This document shows, one piece after another, positions 1 through 11,416 of a stretch of 64,000 nt of DNA. The notes below the pieces were generated by a model. The model was not told where the DNA came from. It saw nothing but the letters and a program-made list of their open reading frames with translations, and made no database searches. The stretch is from NCBI RefSeq assembly GCF_006345805.1, contig NC_043007.1, positions 1,364,001 through 1,428,000 on the forward strand, written 5' to 3'. The position numbers were made by a program, and so were the translations under genes. Position 1 is the first letter of the stretch. Each line of letters begins with the position of its first letter. The DNA comes from Octopus sinensis (lineage: Eukaryota).

Positions 1-888
1 ATCTTGTTTTAAATGAATTTTCTGAAGCCCCTGTGTATGTCTTGTATTCCGATGAGCCTTCCACTTGCACCTTGGCTCTATAAACTACTCCTTTCACTAG
101 ACATTTCCCTTCTAACGGACAGGAGCTTTCGTTTTTGCAATTACATTTCTTAATGGGCTCGGCACCATGTCTAATCTCAATTAGCTTCCTATTATGTTGG
201 CTAATGTAAGAGGCGAAATTTCTGCAACAAGAATAGCTAACCTTCAGGGTTCTTCTATTAAATATTCTGTAGAATTTATGACCCTGCTTAAAATGCTTAG
301 AGACTAATCTCAAAAATTCCTTACCTATATTAGTCTTTACGGCCAAATTGAAAGCCGGGTTGAACCACAAAAACTTTCCTGGTCCTAGTTCTTCGTGCAG
401 CATTATTATTAGCATTAAGCTGGTTGAACTGGATCTTCTCCGAGAATCCACTATTCTTCAATGCGCTATCGTAATAAGGTGCAGCATTATGGAATGCTGC
501 CTCGTCCGAAGAAATTGAAGATATTCTTCTACCTACATTGCTGACTAAGTTGCTAAGGATAACTGGTGGTTTCGAATCTTTGCTAATATACGATAGCTTT
601 TCATTGGGCTTACGGAAAGGTTTAAATCTATCCGGTCTTACATTAAAATTTACGTCTAAAAAATCTACACTATTCAGGTTAGTATCTATCGTAATCCGTA
701 AGCCCATCCTTTGAAAGAAAGCTATAAGGTCCTTCCTAAGTCTATCTGATTCATGGCCGTTTAGATTATGCGTGGCTATGAGGCCGTCATCCCTATATTG
801 ACCTGCATCTATAAATGGGAATTCTATTTTTAGATTATGGAGAATAAAGGCTCCTATGAGCATACATAATTCAGCCCCGTCGTATGAC
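1..888 (-). mobile_element. Penelope-like retroelement fragment (C-terminal RT plus start of GIY-YIG endonuclease), 5'-truncated and frameshifted
   Basis: Minus-strand translation gives SYDGAELCMLIG, YRDDGL and VDFLDVNF (PLE RT motifs). After a frameshift near 330 it continues KTNIGKEFLRLVSKHF...LKVSYSC...CNCKNESSCPLEGKCL..GVVY...YTGASENSFKTR (Cys linker plus GIY-YIG). It runs off the window start. Confidence 0.9.
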
Positions 889-1012
889 AGGGTGATTCAA
901 AACTCACCATACATACAATTTAGTTTTTTATAAGGAACATTTCTTTTTATTTAACTGTTCCTTATAAAAAAATAAATTTTTTCCTATGTATGGTGACTTT
1001 TGAATCACCCTG
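888..1012. mobile_element. Tc1/mariner-type MITE, 125 bp, near-fully palindromic
   Basis: 28-bp TIRs CAGGGTGATTCAAAA(C/G)TCACCATACATA with 1 mismatch; internal inverted TTTTTTATAAGGAACA/TGTTCCTTATAAAAAA; TA on the right flank. Confidence 0.8.
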
Positions 1013-1317
1013 TATATATATATATATATTATAAAAAGTGTAGGTGGCATACGAGTGGGTATATATTTATAAAAAAGAAGTTTGAAAATGCCACGATATA
1101 AGATAAATTTAAATTTTCTTAGAGATTTTACATGTTTTGGTTCTTCTTGAAAAAACGAACCTTATCAAAAATATTTTTGAAAGTGTAATAAAAAAGTTCA
1201 TAATTGTTTCTTACTAGTCTCAACAGAGTCCACGTGGTGGTGTTTTGTGGGTGGGGGGGGGGAGCATAATGGCTGTCTTGTGCATTGACTAGAATCGTTG
1301 GCTGTAATCGTGAAAGT

Positions 1318-1690
1318 CACTTGTTAATGTCTGTTTTCCATGCTAGCATGGGTTGGACGGTTCGACCAGGGTCTGGAAAGCCAGGAGGCTGCACCAGGCT
1401 CCAGTCTGATCTGGCAGTGTTTCTACAGCTGGATGCCCTTCCTAATGCCAACTACCCAAGAGTGTAGTGGGTGCTTTTTAGATGCTACCGGCACAGGGAC
1501 TAGAGGGGGCTGGCAATGGCCGTGATTGGTTGGTGCTTTTTACGTGCCACCGGCACAGAAGCCAGTTGAGGCAGTGCTGGCATCGGTCATGTTCAGATGG
1601 TGATTTTTATGTGCCACCGGCATGAGGATCACAACTACAATTTCCATTTGATTTTCATTTTGATGTTGATGTACTTGACTCAATAGGTCT
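1318..1690 (-). mobile_element. SINE family A (core GGCGTTAGGAAGGGCATCCAGCTGTAGAAAC, (TGA)n tail), with about 3 copies of its 5' module
   Basis: The same sequence recurs at about 2915-3200(+), 14215-14570(+), 15195-15385(+), 17300-20190(-), 23725-24185(-), 32700-32895(+), 43355-43530(+), 54285-54710(-), 55790-56040(-), 56425-56648(+) and 57330-57530(+). Confidence 0.85.
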
Positions 1691-2148
1691 CCTCAAGCAC
1701 AGATTGTCACCCAACGATCCAAGGTACTTTTGAATGGACTGGAGCTGGTTATGCAAAACTGGTGTTGGAAACTGCTGTGGACTCACTTTATTTGCCGAGT
1801 CTTTGCAGTCACAGCATATCTCCAGAGGTCTCGGTCTTTCATTATAGCCTCTGTGAGGCCCAACATTCGAAGGTCATGCTTCACCACCTCATCCCATGTC
1901 TTCCTGGGTCTACCTCTAACCTGGATTCCTTCAAATGTTTGGGAGTGGCACTTCTTCACACTGCTCTCCTCACAGCTCTCCTCACATACAATTTAATAAA
2001 GATACAGGCATGGCCATGTCATTAAGAAGTTTGCTTCCCATGGTCTTGGGTTCAGATCTTTTGCATGGCACCTTGGATAAATATTTTCTACTATAGCTCT
2101 GAGCTGACCAAAGCCTTGTGAGTGGATTTGGTAGAAGGAAACTGAAAT

Positions 2149-2186
<38 letters not shown>

Positions 2187-3478
2187 ATGCTTGTTTTGAC
2201 AGTATGATTGTTGTAACTGAATGTCAATTATTTCCAATATTCTACAATAAACTTTTCTGGTGATGGGGAAATATTTCTTGGCTTAGAAACAGGTAAGGGT
2301 TGGCAACAGGAATGGCATCTGGCCACAGAAAACCTGCTCCAATAAACTCTGTCCAACCCATGCAAACATGGAAAAGTAGACATTCTTTTAATTTCTCACA
2401 GTGGCAGGACTTGTCTCTAAAATTTAGATAAGGGTTCTGTGATTTTTAGAAGATCCCATAAAGGTTTCATGACAAAAATAAGCTTAGGAGCTGCTATTTT
2501 TGGTTACCATTTTGGCAAACCTGGTTTTTGGACAGAAATATTTTTCATCATTACTGACTGGGTAAAATGAAGATTAAATCTAAGAACAGACTAAAAGTTG
2601 ATTAGTTTGTCTAAATCTCTGTCTTATAATCATTAGTTTTCCTCTCTTTCTTTTTACCTCTTTCTTTTATTTTTCTATCACTAAATTACATCAGACTTGA
2701 AATTGAAATCATTTACAATGGCTATATATAAGTGATTACATATATTGATTATTTAATTAAATATCAGTGTGTTGTTTTATACTATGAATTTTGTAAAGCA
2801 TTTACTGGCTGTCGAAGTGTTAGCTTTCCACAAGTATAGTTTCTATGACTGTTTATCACGAGTAGTGGTCATATCTAAAATGAATATGAATGTGTAAAGG
2901 AAAGAAAGATCAGACGTGGCTGATGCCAGCGCCACCATGACTGGCTTCCATGCCGGTGGCACGTAAAAAGCACCAACCGATCATGGCCACTGCCAGCCTC
3001 CCCTGGCACCTGTGCTGGTGACATGTGAAAGGCAACCACTACACTCATGGAGTGGTTGGCGTTAGGAAGGGCATCCAGCTGTAGAAACACTGCCAGATCA
3101 GACTGGAGCCTGGTGCAGCCTCCTGGCTTCCCAGACCCCGGTCGAACCGTCCAACCCATGCTAGCACGGAAAACAGACATTAAACGATGATGATGATGAA
3201 TACATTTGATGTTTTTTTTCCATAGAAGTAATAACACATGTTTATAACAAGCAGTTTTGGTTTATTGGTATTGTCTTATTTCAACACTGATTTGGTTTTA
3301 GGAAGAGCTTAGAAACCAGCCATAGAAATTATTCCAAAAGAAGGAACATAGGAATGAGATGTGGTCATTCTCAGACTCATTTAGGAGGGCAGCAACTCCA
3401 AATATGAACTGACTCAGGATGAATGACCCTTTCAACCTATGACAGCATGGAGAACAGATGTAACAATGAGGGTGATGG

Positions 3479-3516
<38 letters not shown>

Positions 3517-3592
3517 GGTAATCATAATGCATAAAAGAAAATAGTTAATTGTTCTTCTTCAATTACAAAATTTGATCTCTTCTTCATTACAG

Positions 3593-3717
3593 GTAACTGA
3601 GTGTGAGATCTTCCTGTCGTTACTTGTGAAATTTCTTGAACCAGAAAAGCCGAGCTGGCAAAGATGCCTCACTCTCGAGGTTTTACATAAACTGACTGTT
3701 CAACCGGAATTACTAAG
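3593..3717 (+). CDS. MON2: MON2 internal exon ([42 protein letters not shown])
   Basis: Closely matches the recalled vertebrate MON2 sequence [14 protein letters not shown]...VQPQLLR; ttacag acceptor and AG|gtgagc donor; 125 nt, phase 0 to 2. Confidence 0.93.
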
Positions 3718-3751
3718 GTGAGCTCAGGACTTTGTTTCTTCATTTACCAGT

Positions 3752-4145
3752 AACTAGCAGTATCGCCCAGCGTTGTTCGGGTTTGTTTCGACCCTTTAGA
3801 ATTGGAATTTTTGAAAAGTAAAAATTTTGCATTATGTAGCTTGTTATTCTCTTTAAGTGAACATTTTTCTGGTTGAAATACACCGAAAAATGGCGACACA
3901 GCAGTAAGAAAATCGTAAAAAATAGGGATTTTCGTAGAAAAAAAGCACCTTTTTGATGTAAATAATTTTTGCTGTTAACATGGTCTGATTTGAATTTTTT
4001 CTTCTACAGAAGGAAGAGCAAGCCTTCTTCTATCATACTCTCGATTTTGGTCAACTTGCACTACAGGGTCTTGGAGGAGATAATGTTAGTTGAAGGCTAC
4101 CAAACCTGCCACACACAGACAACTTCAGCTTTATATATAGAGAGA
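3752..4145 (+). mobile_element. Non-autonomous Helitron/Helentron-like element
   Basis: Starts AACTAGCAG followed by a subterminal hairpin (CCCAGCGTTGTTCGGG) and ends CAGACAACTTCAGCTTTATATATAG, the DINE-1/HINE-like layout. A second copy lies at 52917-53574. Confidence 0.6.
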
Positions 4146-4548
4146 TTTTTAAGTTCTAACGGAATTTTAAACAAAATAATTAAATCCCTGGTGTTAGAGT
4201 GAATTAAGTGGATTAAATTGATGTTTTTTAGTCGTTATTTTAAACTCTATCATTATGTCATTGCATCAGCTAAAGCTGTTTGCTCTACTTATGTTAATCC
4301 ATAAAAACAAAGACTGTTGTCTTTTCCATGTTGAAAATAGGTATGGTTCTGTGATTAAGAATTTTGCTTTGGACTCCTGTTGTTTTGTGTGGCACCATGA
4401 TCAAATGTCTTTTGCTGTAACCTGAAGCTGATGAAGGTCTTGTGATTAAATTAGCAAATGAAACTGTGCAGAAGTCTGTCATAGCCTTGTGTGTGTGTTT
4501 TCCTATTTGTGCCTTGATATTGTTTATGAAGTATATAAAAGTATATAA

Positions 4549-4815
4549 ATTGCCCCAGCTCCCCTCCAGGGTTGGCGAAAGCAATGTGGTGGACAACGAA
4601 AAACCTGGATGATGACAGTCAAGGCTGATCTGGAACCCAACCTAGGCCCCATATCTACGGTGTTCGCCGCTGGAATAGGGAGTGGTTGGAGATCATGCGG
4701 TCATTAGCCTCAAATCGCCAGGTCTGGTCAGCGTTTGTGAGAGATGCTGCATTGAGGATGAATGAAGCCAGCTCAACCCACCCCGGGTGAATGCTGTCTC
4801 AAGACAAGACAAGAA
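4549..4815 (+). mobile_element. LINE 3' end (RTE-like) with CAAGA tail repeats
   Basis: Roughly 90% identical by eye to 12021-12290. Encodes a C-terminal ..GGQRKTWMMTVKADLE.. segment and ends caagacaagacaaga. Confidence 0.65.
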
Positions 4816-5149
4816 GAGTATATAAAAGAATGTCACCATTTTGGCAGTGGTGTCATTCCTTTTGCCTACCGTAGAACTATGTCCAGCTGTTGGGCCATTC
4901 ACTATGTGGAAGTCTTGGGAAATAAGTATTTTACTTGGAAACAAGTTGGTGTCAGTGGCTGAAAGAGCAACAGGTTGTAGAAAACTGCCTCAGCAAGTCT
5001 CGGCTAATCCACACTAGCAATGAAAAAGCTGATATAAAAGTGACGAGGATGGTATGAAGATGACGGAGAGTGAATGGAGATAACTTGTAAAAAACTCCAA
5101 CTGTTCATGCAGTGGTCTGAATTTGTAGTATCATATAGTATGTGGTTAC

Positions 5150-5372
5150 TCTTTACTTTTTTACTTGTTTCAGTCATTTGACTGTGGCCATGATGGAGCA
5201 CTGCCTTTAGTTGAGCAAATCGTACCCCAGGACTTATTCTTTGTAAGCCTAGTACTTATTCTATCGGTCTCTTTTGCCGAACCACTAAGTTATGGGGGAC
5301 GTAAGCACACCAGCATCAGTTGTCAAGCGATGTTGTGGGGACAAACACAGACACACAAACATATACACACAC

Positions 5373-5432
<60 letters not shown>

Positions 5433-5592
5433 GACAGGCTTCTTTCAGTTTCCATCTACCAAATTCACTCACAAGGCTTTGGTCGGCCTGAGGCTATAGT
5501 AGAAGACACTTGCCCAAGGTGCCACGCAGTGGGACTGAACCCGGAACCATGTGGTTGGTAAGCAAGCCACTTACCACACAGCCACTACTGCG
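5150..5592 (-). mobile_element. tRNA-derived SINE family B (head GGCGCAGGAGTGGCTGTGTGGTAAG, internal TA/TG microsatellite, tail GAAACAAGTAAAAGAG)
   Basis: A/B-box-like head (GGTTCAGTCCC). Full or partial copies at about 20405-20810(-), 34215-34625(+), 41275-41655(-), 54759-55170(+), plus many fragments. Confidence 0.85.
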
Positions 5593-5654
5593 CCTTGGTA
5601 AACATTGAAAAGAGACTAACAAAATAATGCTAAAGCCTCAAGAAGTACAATAGG

Positions 5655-5850
5655 GTGCTGGAAAGTTCCTGGATTTAAGGGTATTGCAAAAGACCTGGAT
5701 GGGGGCCCAACCTTCTGAGTTCTTTTACAGGGCTTAGAAAAACTGAAGGACTGCTGCAATAAGTGTGTGAATCTGAGAGGGGAATATGTTGAATAAAATC
5801 ATAATTAAATGATGCTCCTGTGTTTTCTCTTTCCCAAAGCCAGGAACTTG
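5655..5850 (+). mobile_element. mariner-derived non-autonomous remnant
   Basis: Inverted ends (GCTGGAAAGTTCCTGG / CCAGGAACTTGTCAGC). The interior encodes LQGLEKLKDCCNKCVNLRGEYVE*, typical of a mariner transposase C-terminus. Confidence 0.65.
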
Positions 5851-6409
5851 TCAGCTTCTTGTTTATCTGTTTTATCTTTTATCTTTCCCTTGTTTCAGTC
5901 ATTGGACTGTGGCAATGCTGGGGCATCACCTTGAAGGATTTACTTGGACAAGCCATGACTTATTTTCTTTCTTTTTTTTAAGCTCCGATACTTAGTATAT
6001 CAGTCACTTTTGCCGAACTGCTAAGTTACAGGGATGTGAACAAACCAACACTGGCTGTCAGGCTGCAGCGTGGGGTAGGTGGAGGAGCAAACACAAAGAC
6101 ACACACACACATGAGACAAACCTCCATTCACTTTCTATCTATCAAATTCACTCACATGACATTAGTTGACTCAGGGCTAATATAAGTAGGGACTTACCCG
6201 AAGTGCCACACAGTGGGACTGAACTCAAAAGCCCATGGTTGCAAAATGAACTTCATAACTACACAGCCAGGCCTGTGCCTTGGAAGTTTTTGTCTTATTA
6301 TTTACAACTTCCACAGCTTTTGAGGACCCAGTTGTATTAGTTTAATGAAACATTTCCTCTCTACTCCAGTCTCAGTTTATTATTCACTTCTCAAAACTCT
6401 TGTATCTCA

Positions 6410-6720
6410 TTATGAGAGCTCAAAATCTCTCGTGGAAACGTCATCCAACCAAAGTACAAATATATGGGAAACTACCACCTGTACCAGTTGGCTGGACATT
6501 GTTGTAGAGCTGAAAACGAGGTAATTTCTCCTCTTCTCCTCTGGAAGCCATCTGCTCGCGATACCAGAGGGTGCACACTCTCCTACCCTGATGTAATCTC
6601 CAGGAATACAGGCATCCAGTAACAGGACCTCCGTAATGCTATGATGGACCGTGAGGTCTGGCGTAACATAATAAATTCCATTGTCTTGGCCACGGTCGAA
6701 CAATGATGATGATGATGATC
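6410..6720 (+). mobile_element. RTE-clade LINE 3' end with (TGA)n tail
   Basis: + strand MRAQNLSWKRHPTKVQIYGKLPPV...; same family as 37155-37668(-). Confidence 0.8.
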
Positions 6721-7381
6721 ATAGACACCTATCAAACTGCTTTACTTCTCTCTCAGATTATCCTTGTCCTTGATTTCACTCACAACTTCTCTTGCGTTAC
6801 ATTAATGGCATTAATCTTTCTCATCTTGGAGGCCCTGCAGATCTCCTTCTTCCGGACCAAACCTATAAACACACACACACACATATGTATAATTAGGCTA
6901 GTTGGTTGATTGTAATGAAGATAATTTATCTTATCTAAATCTTAGATGAAGCGTATATTATGAAGGAAAGAAAAAAAACTAGTAATGTGCCCGACTCATT
7001 GAGTGTTTCCATGACAACAGGCCATTTATTGGATTTTACTTGCAAACTATTTCTAGATAGTTTGGCCATGTGGTAAAGAAGTTCACTTTGCAATCATGTG
7101 GCTTTGGGTTCAATCTTGCTGTGCAGCATCTTGGGCAATGGTTTTCTAGTATAGCCCTGGGCTGGCCCAAACCTTGTGAGTGGATTTGGTAGACAGAAAT
7201 TGTGTGGGAGCCTGTCATATATATATATATATATATATGTATGAAGAAGAGAAGTAATATTGATGAACAACAATTGACTTACACCAATTATTATTTATTA
7301 ATTCAATACAAATAGACTGCTTCCATCTAACAGCTGTTTCTGCCTCCAGTGTTGCGTATTTTAACGTCTAACTCAGCTAAC

Positions 7382-7471
<90 letters not shown>

Positions 7472-7472
<1 letters not shown>

Positions 7473-8868
7473 AATATAATAAGTATAGGAAAGAATGGAG
7501 CTGAGCGAAGATTTAACAAAATTCCTTTATTTTATTTTCGACTTATGTTTCGAATTCTGCAAAATCCCTAATTCCGAATGAATAAGGAGTCCATTATGCA
7601 GCTTTCTCTTCAGTAGTAGTTTTACGGACAATAACAATCACAGCATTCCCAGAAACAGGGAATGTGCAGGTGATATTGCCTTAAATAGTAATGAAAATAG
7701 GATGAATAGTATCGTGTCCAAATCCAGCAGTAATTTTTACACCCATCATAGAAATAAGAACGCTGTATTAGTATCGGAAACTAATCCCAATAGATTAAGG
7801 TTCTTATCAAATAACTCCAAAATTAGAAACACCACTTACCAGTGCAAAATTTCTACTGGATCTGATGTCTACCTCTATATTGGCGCAACCTCCTCTAAAT
7901 TAGCCACAAGGGTCTCCAACCATTTTTCCACGTTCCGAGATAAGAGTAAACAGCACACCACAGGGCTAAGCATATTAGTCTGGCGTTTGAAGAACACAAA
8001 TTCAACTTTTACGCTGGAATGGTCAATATTGTTGGTGTCCTTACCGTTTGATAAGGGCAGAAAAATCTGTGCCCTCTGTAATTCCGAACTCTTTCATATT
8101 CTGTTTGCCCGAGGCCAAGTAATAAACTTGATTGTCGAGCGATCTTTCAGATGCTTACACTGGAAAAAGCATACCTTTCACTCATACCATTGAAGTCTAA
8201 TATAGATAACCCCTGGATTTCCTACAAAATTAATTTGTGATATCTCATCCCTTTAGTTTATAAGATTCTCTCATAATTGCTAAGAGCTGCTGTCCCCTCG
8301 TCTTTTGTCATTAATATTGTGGGCTCTCTCTGCCCACTCCCTCTTAAGTTGACACATTCGAACACACAGACACAGTCCTTTCACCTCCTGACTGTTAATT
8401 TTCTGTCAGCCTTCTACACACACTATCACGCATTCACAGACACACACACACACACACACACATTAAGGCAATTATACACACTCATACACACGAGCACTCA
8501 TTCATAAAATAAATCAAATATAAACACCAGTCAAACAGAATGCATTCCCTCACCTTAATATTCTTTTACCTTCCTTCTCCAACCTCGATTGAACCCTTGA
8601 ACTCTATTAACTGCCAGTTTCTCCTATAAATAAACATTATTTATCATTATCGCTATGGGCTCCTCGTGAGCGGTCATCTAAAAACTTGTTGTGCATTTTA
8701 TTGGCGAAAGAAGTTCCTGGATTTTCCTGAAGAGAAAGCTGCATAATGGATTCCTTATTAATTCGGAATTAGGGATTTTGCAGACTTTGAAACATATGTC
8801 GAAAATAAAATAAAGGAATTTTGTTAAATCTTCGCTCAGCTCCATTCTTTCCTATACTTATTATATTA
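7472..8868 (+). mobile_element. 5'-truncated Penelope-like element: inverted pseudo-LTR, GIY-YIG ORF (7702-8193), CA-rich 3'UTR, pseudo-LTR
   Basis: ORF contains YQCKI..YLYIGATSSKLATRVSNH..F...W.L...C.LCNSE (GIY-YIG). 7472-7613 is the reverse complement of 8727-8868. The left end abuts (TA)n. Confidence 0.88.
8721..8806 (+). ncRNA. Type I hammerhead ribozyme with long helix II
   Basis: Helix I ATTTTC(8721-26)/GAAAAT(8801-06); core CTGAAGA(8727-33) and GAAA(8789-92); helix II includes CTGCA/TGCAG; helix III AC-ATAT-GT with a palindromic loop; GUC cleavage triplet at 8798-8800. Confidence 0.8.
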
Positions 8869-9009
8869 AATTAAACTTCAAATTTCCGCACTAAGGCACG
8901 GAGTATATGCCCTATGGTCGTAACTTCAACCGTGTTCTTTCTGTTGTGAGTTTGCTACCCAGGTATTGGTTATCTTTCGAATTATCCGTAATAAGATAAT
9001 TCATTTATC

Positions 9010-9040
<31 letters not shown>

Positions 9041-9262
9041 CCAGAATTAGCACATAAATGTGAAACAAGGTGGAAGAATAGTACTCGAATACCGGAGGTA
9101 GAGTAATATGCTTTATTAATAAGGCTGCAAAGACCTCACATGAAATGGTACACAGAGTTTCGTGTTTCTGTTTGTTGGACAGAAACAAAACTGTACGACA
9201 AACGGGAACGTGAAACTCTGAGTAACAGTTTTTGTGATGTCTTTGCAGTTTTATTAAGAAAG

Positions 9263-9319
<57 letters not shown>

Positions 9320-9321
<2 letters not shown>

Positions 9322-9590
9322 AGGCGCAATGGCCCAGTGGTTAGGGCAGCGGACTCGCGGTTGGAGTATCGTGGTTTCGATTGAACGAAAACACCTAAAA
9401 GCTCCACGAGGCTCCAGTAGTGGGTGGTGGCAACCCTTGTTGTACTCTTTCGCCTCAACTTTCTCTCACTCTTTCTTCCTGTTTCTTGAGTAACGCTACG
9501 ATGGACTGGTGTCCTGTCCAGCTGGGGAGGAACACATACGCCATAGAAACCGGGCCCATGAGCCTGGCTAGGCTTGAAAAGGGCGACGTT
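9320..9590 (+). mobile_element. tRNA-derived SINE family C
   Basis: Head GGAGGCGCAATGGCCCAGTGGTTAGGGCAGCGGACTCGCGG. Related copies at 12622-12900(+), 33228-33535(-) and 63920-64000(-, partial). Confidence 0.8.
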
Positions 9591-9595
9591 TATCG

Positions 9596-9677
<82 letters not shown>

Positions 9678-9886
9678 GTATAAGTGTGTGTTTGTGTTTG
9701 TCACTCACAGCTGGTGTTGGTTTGTTTACATCCCCTTTACCCAGTAGTTCAGCAAAAGAGAGTGATATAATAAGTACCAAACTGGTGCCCCAGCATGGCT
9801 GTTGTTCAATGGCTGAAACAAGTGATATATAACCTCGTTTAACTAATTACCGTAAACACCATGTTTGTAACCTTATCTCTTTGCAG

Positions 9887-10020
9887 ATCGTTTTGTGAAA
9901 GTTATGATATGAAGCCCCATTCGACAAAGATTTTCCGTGATTTAGTCAATGCGATTGGTTCTTTCATACAGTCAATGTTCCTAACCAACATTACTGGATA
10001 TGGATATAATTCACATGGTG
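9887..10020 (+). CDS. MON2: MON2 internal exon ([44 protein letters not shown])
   Basis: Matches the recalled MON2 sequence [29 protein letters not shown]; ttgcag acceptor and G|gtacgt donor; 134 nt, phase 2 to 1, in frame with both neighbours. Confidence 0.92.
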
Positions 10021-10242
10021 GTACGTAACCGGTTCCATTCTACATTTTTTTGGTTTGTTCATTCATTTGCTTTATGTTTGTTTTTCTGTCCTGAGGTTGG
10101 TTGCACAGGTATTTATTTAATGCAGTGTTTACCAGCTGGATGCTCTTCCTGTTGTCCACATCGCGTGCCATCTTTGGTAAGTGTCTTCTACTACAGCCCT
10201 AGGATAACCAAACACCTCTGTGAGTGGATTTTGGTAGACGAT

Positions 10243-10309
<67 letters not shown>

Positions 10310-10335
10310 CAGACACACACACACACACACACATA

Positions 10336-10369
<34 letters not shown>

Positions 10370-10808
10370 CATCGTCTCCAGCTGGCTGTACCACACGATC
10401 CCTAATTCCGAATGAATATGGAGTTCATTATGCAGCTTTCTCTTCTGGAAAATCCAGGAACTTCTTTCGCCAACAAAATGCACAACATGTCCTTATATTT
10501 TCGAACATGCTTTATCGCATAGCTTTGAGATTTCAGTGATGTGATTGTTATTCCTGGAATGACATTGAAGAATATGTGTGACAAGCCATCTGGTCAGATT
10601 GATCATAAAACTGGTTGAATATTTGGGCTGGTTATGGCCAGTTCTAATGCTAATGGGTTAAGTTGATGTTTGGAACATAAATTAGCACAGAATTTTTAAT
10701 GGGAAATTTTAATTGAGACCATTTTAAAACATGAAGTTTGTATCTTAGAACACAAAGTGTTCTTGGGCAGGTTGGTATCAAAAGGGTTAAAAATGTGGAG
10801 AAAATATA

Positions 10809-10986
10809 CCATATTTTAACATGTATAAGGGACCTTATTTTATCAAAAATTAAGTTAAAAAAATATGGGAGTTTCTTATACATGGATAGTATTATAATCC
10901 CTTACAAAACTTTTTCCCAAATTTTAAGCCCCCAAAATTAGGGGCTTCCTTATACATGAGAGTTCCTTATACATGTTAAGATATGG
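10809..10986. mobile_element. TA-flanked MITE
   Basis: TIRs CCATATTTTAACATGTATAAGG / CCTTATACATGTTAAGATATGG with TA on both sides. Confidence 0.7.
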
Positions 10987-11092
10987 TAATTCTTGCTGTA
11001 ATTAATTATTCATAATTAAAAACTGTTTTAATCAAAATGTTTCAGTTTGTATTCTTGTTGTAAATATTGTTTATTTGTTCTGTCTTCTGCAG

Positions 11093-11246
11093 TTTCCAAG
11101 GGCCAGGACATGCAGGGAACACCCCCAGCACTAGTGGGGGGTCTGCCTGTAGGGAGTGGTGTCTCTCCACAGCCAGCTTTCATGTACCGTGGCATCTGGA
11201 TTCCGTTTATCCTTACCATACCCCAGGGACAGACCAAATCAGTATT
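11093..11246 (+). CDS. MON2: MON2 internal exon (VSKGQDMQGTPPALVGGLPVGSGVSPQPAFMYRGIWIPFILTIPQGQTKSV-F)
   Basis: The QPAFMYRGIWIP motif matches MON2 (AF.YRG.WIP); ctgcag acceptor and gtaagt donor; 154 nt, phase 1 to 2. Confidence 0.9.
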
Positions 11247-11416
11247 GTAAGTTGGATTGTTTTTATCATTGTCTATTTGAATAATTAAAAATAATTTGTT
11301 GTTTCCTAATTAGAATTGAACTTACTTTCATAAATGCTCCACTTTTGACTGACCATAAAAATTTCAATTTTAATTCATTCATGATTCAAGTGGTTTGTGG
11401 AGTAATTAATAATTCC

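Noticed and set aside
4428-4470. CTGATGA...GAAAC hammerhead-like spacing
   Set aside because: No helix I, II or III pairing; it is a decayed SINE B segment (GCTGACCAAAGCCTTGTGAGTGGATTTGGTAGA.GGAAACTG).
6410-6703. Minus-strand ORF MFDRGQDNG... (and 37168-37413 +)
   Set aside because: Antisense frames of RTE LINE fragments.
9320-9390. tRNA-like sequences at SINE heads
   Set aside because: Only A/B-box-like halves, running into SINE bodies; no complete cloverleaf, so not called as tRNA genes.
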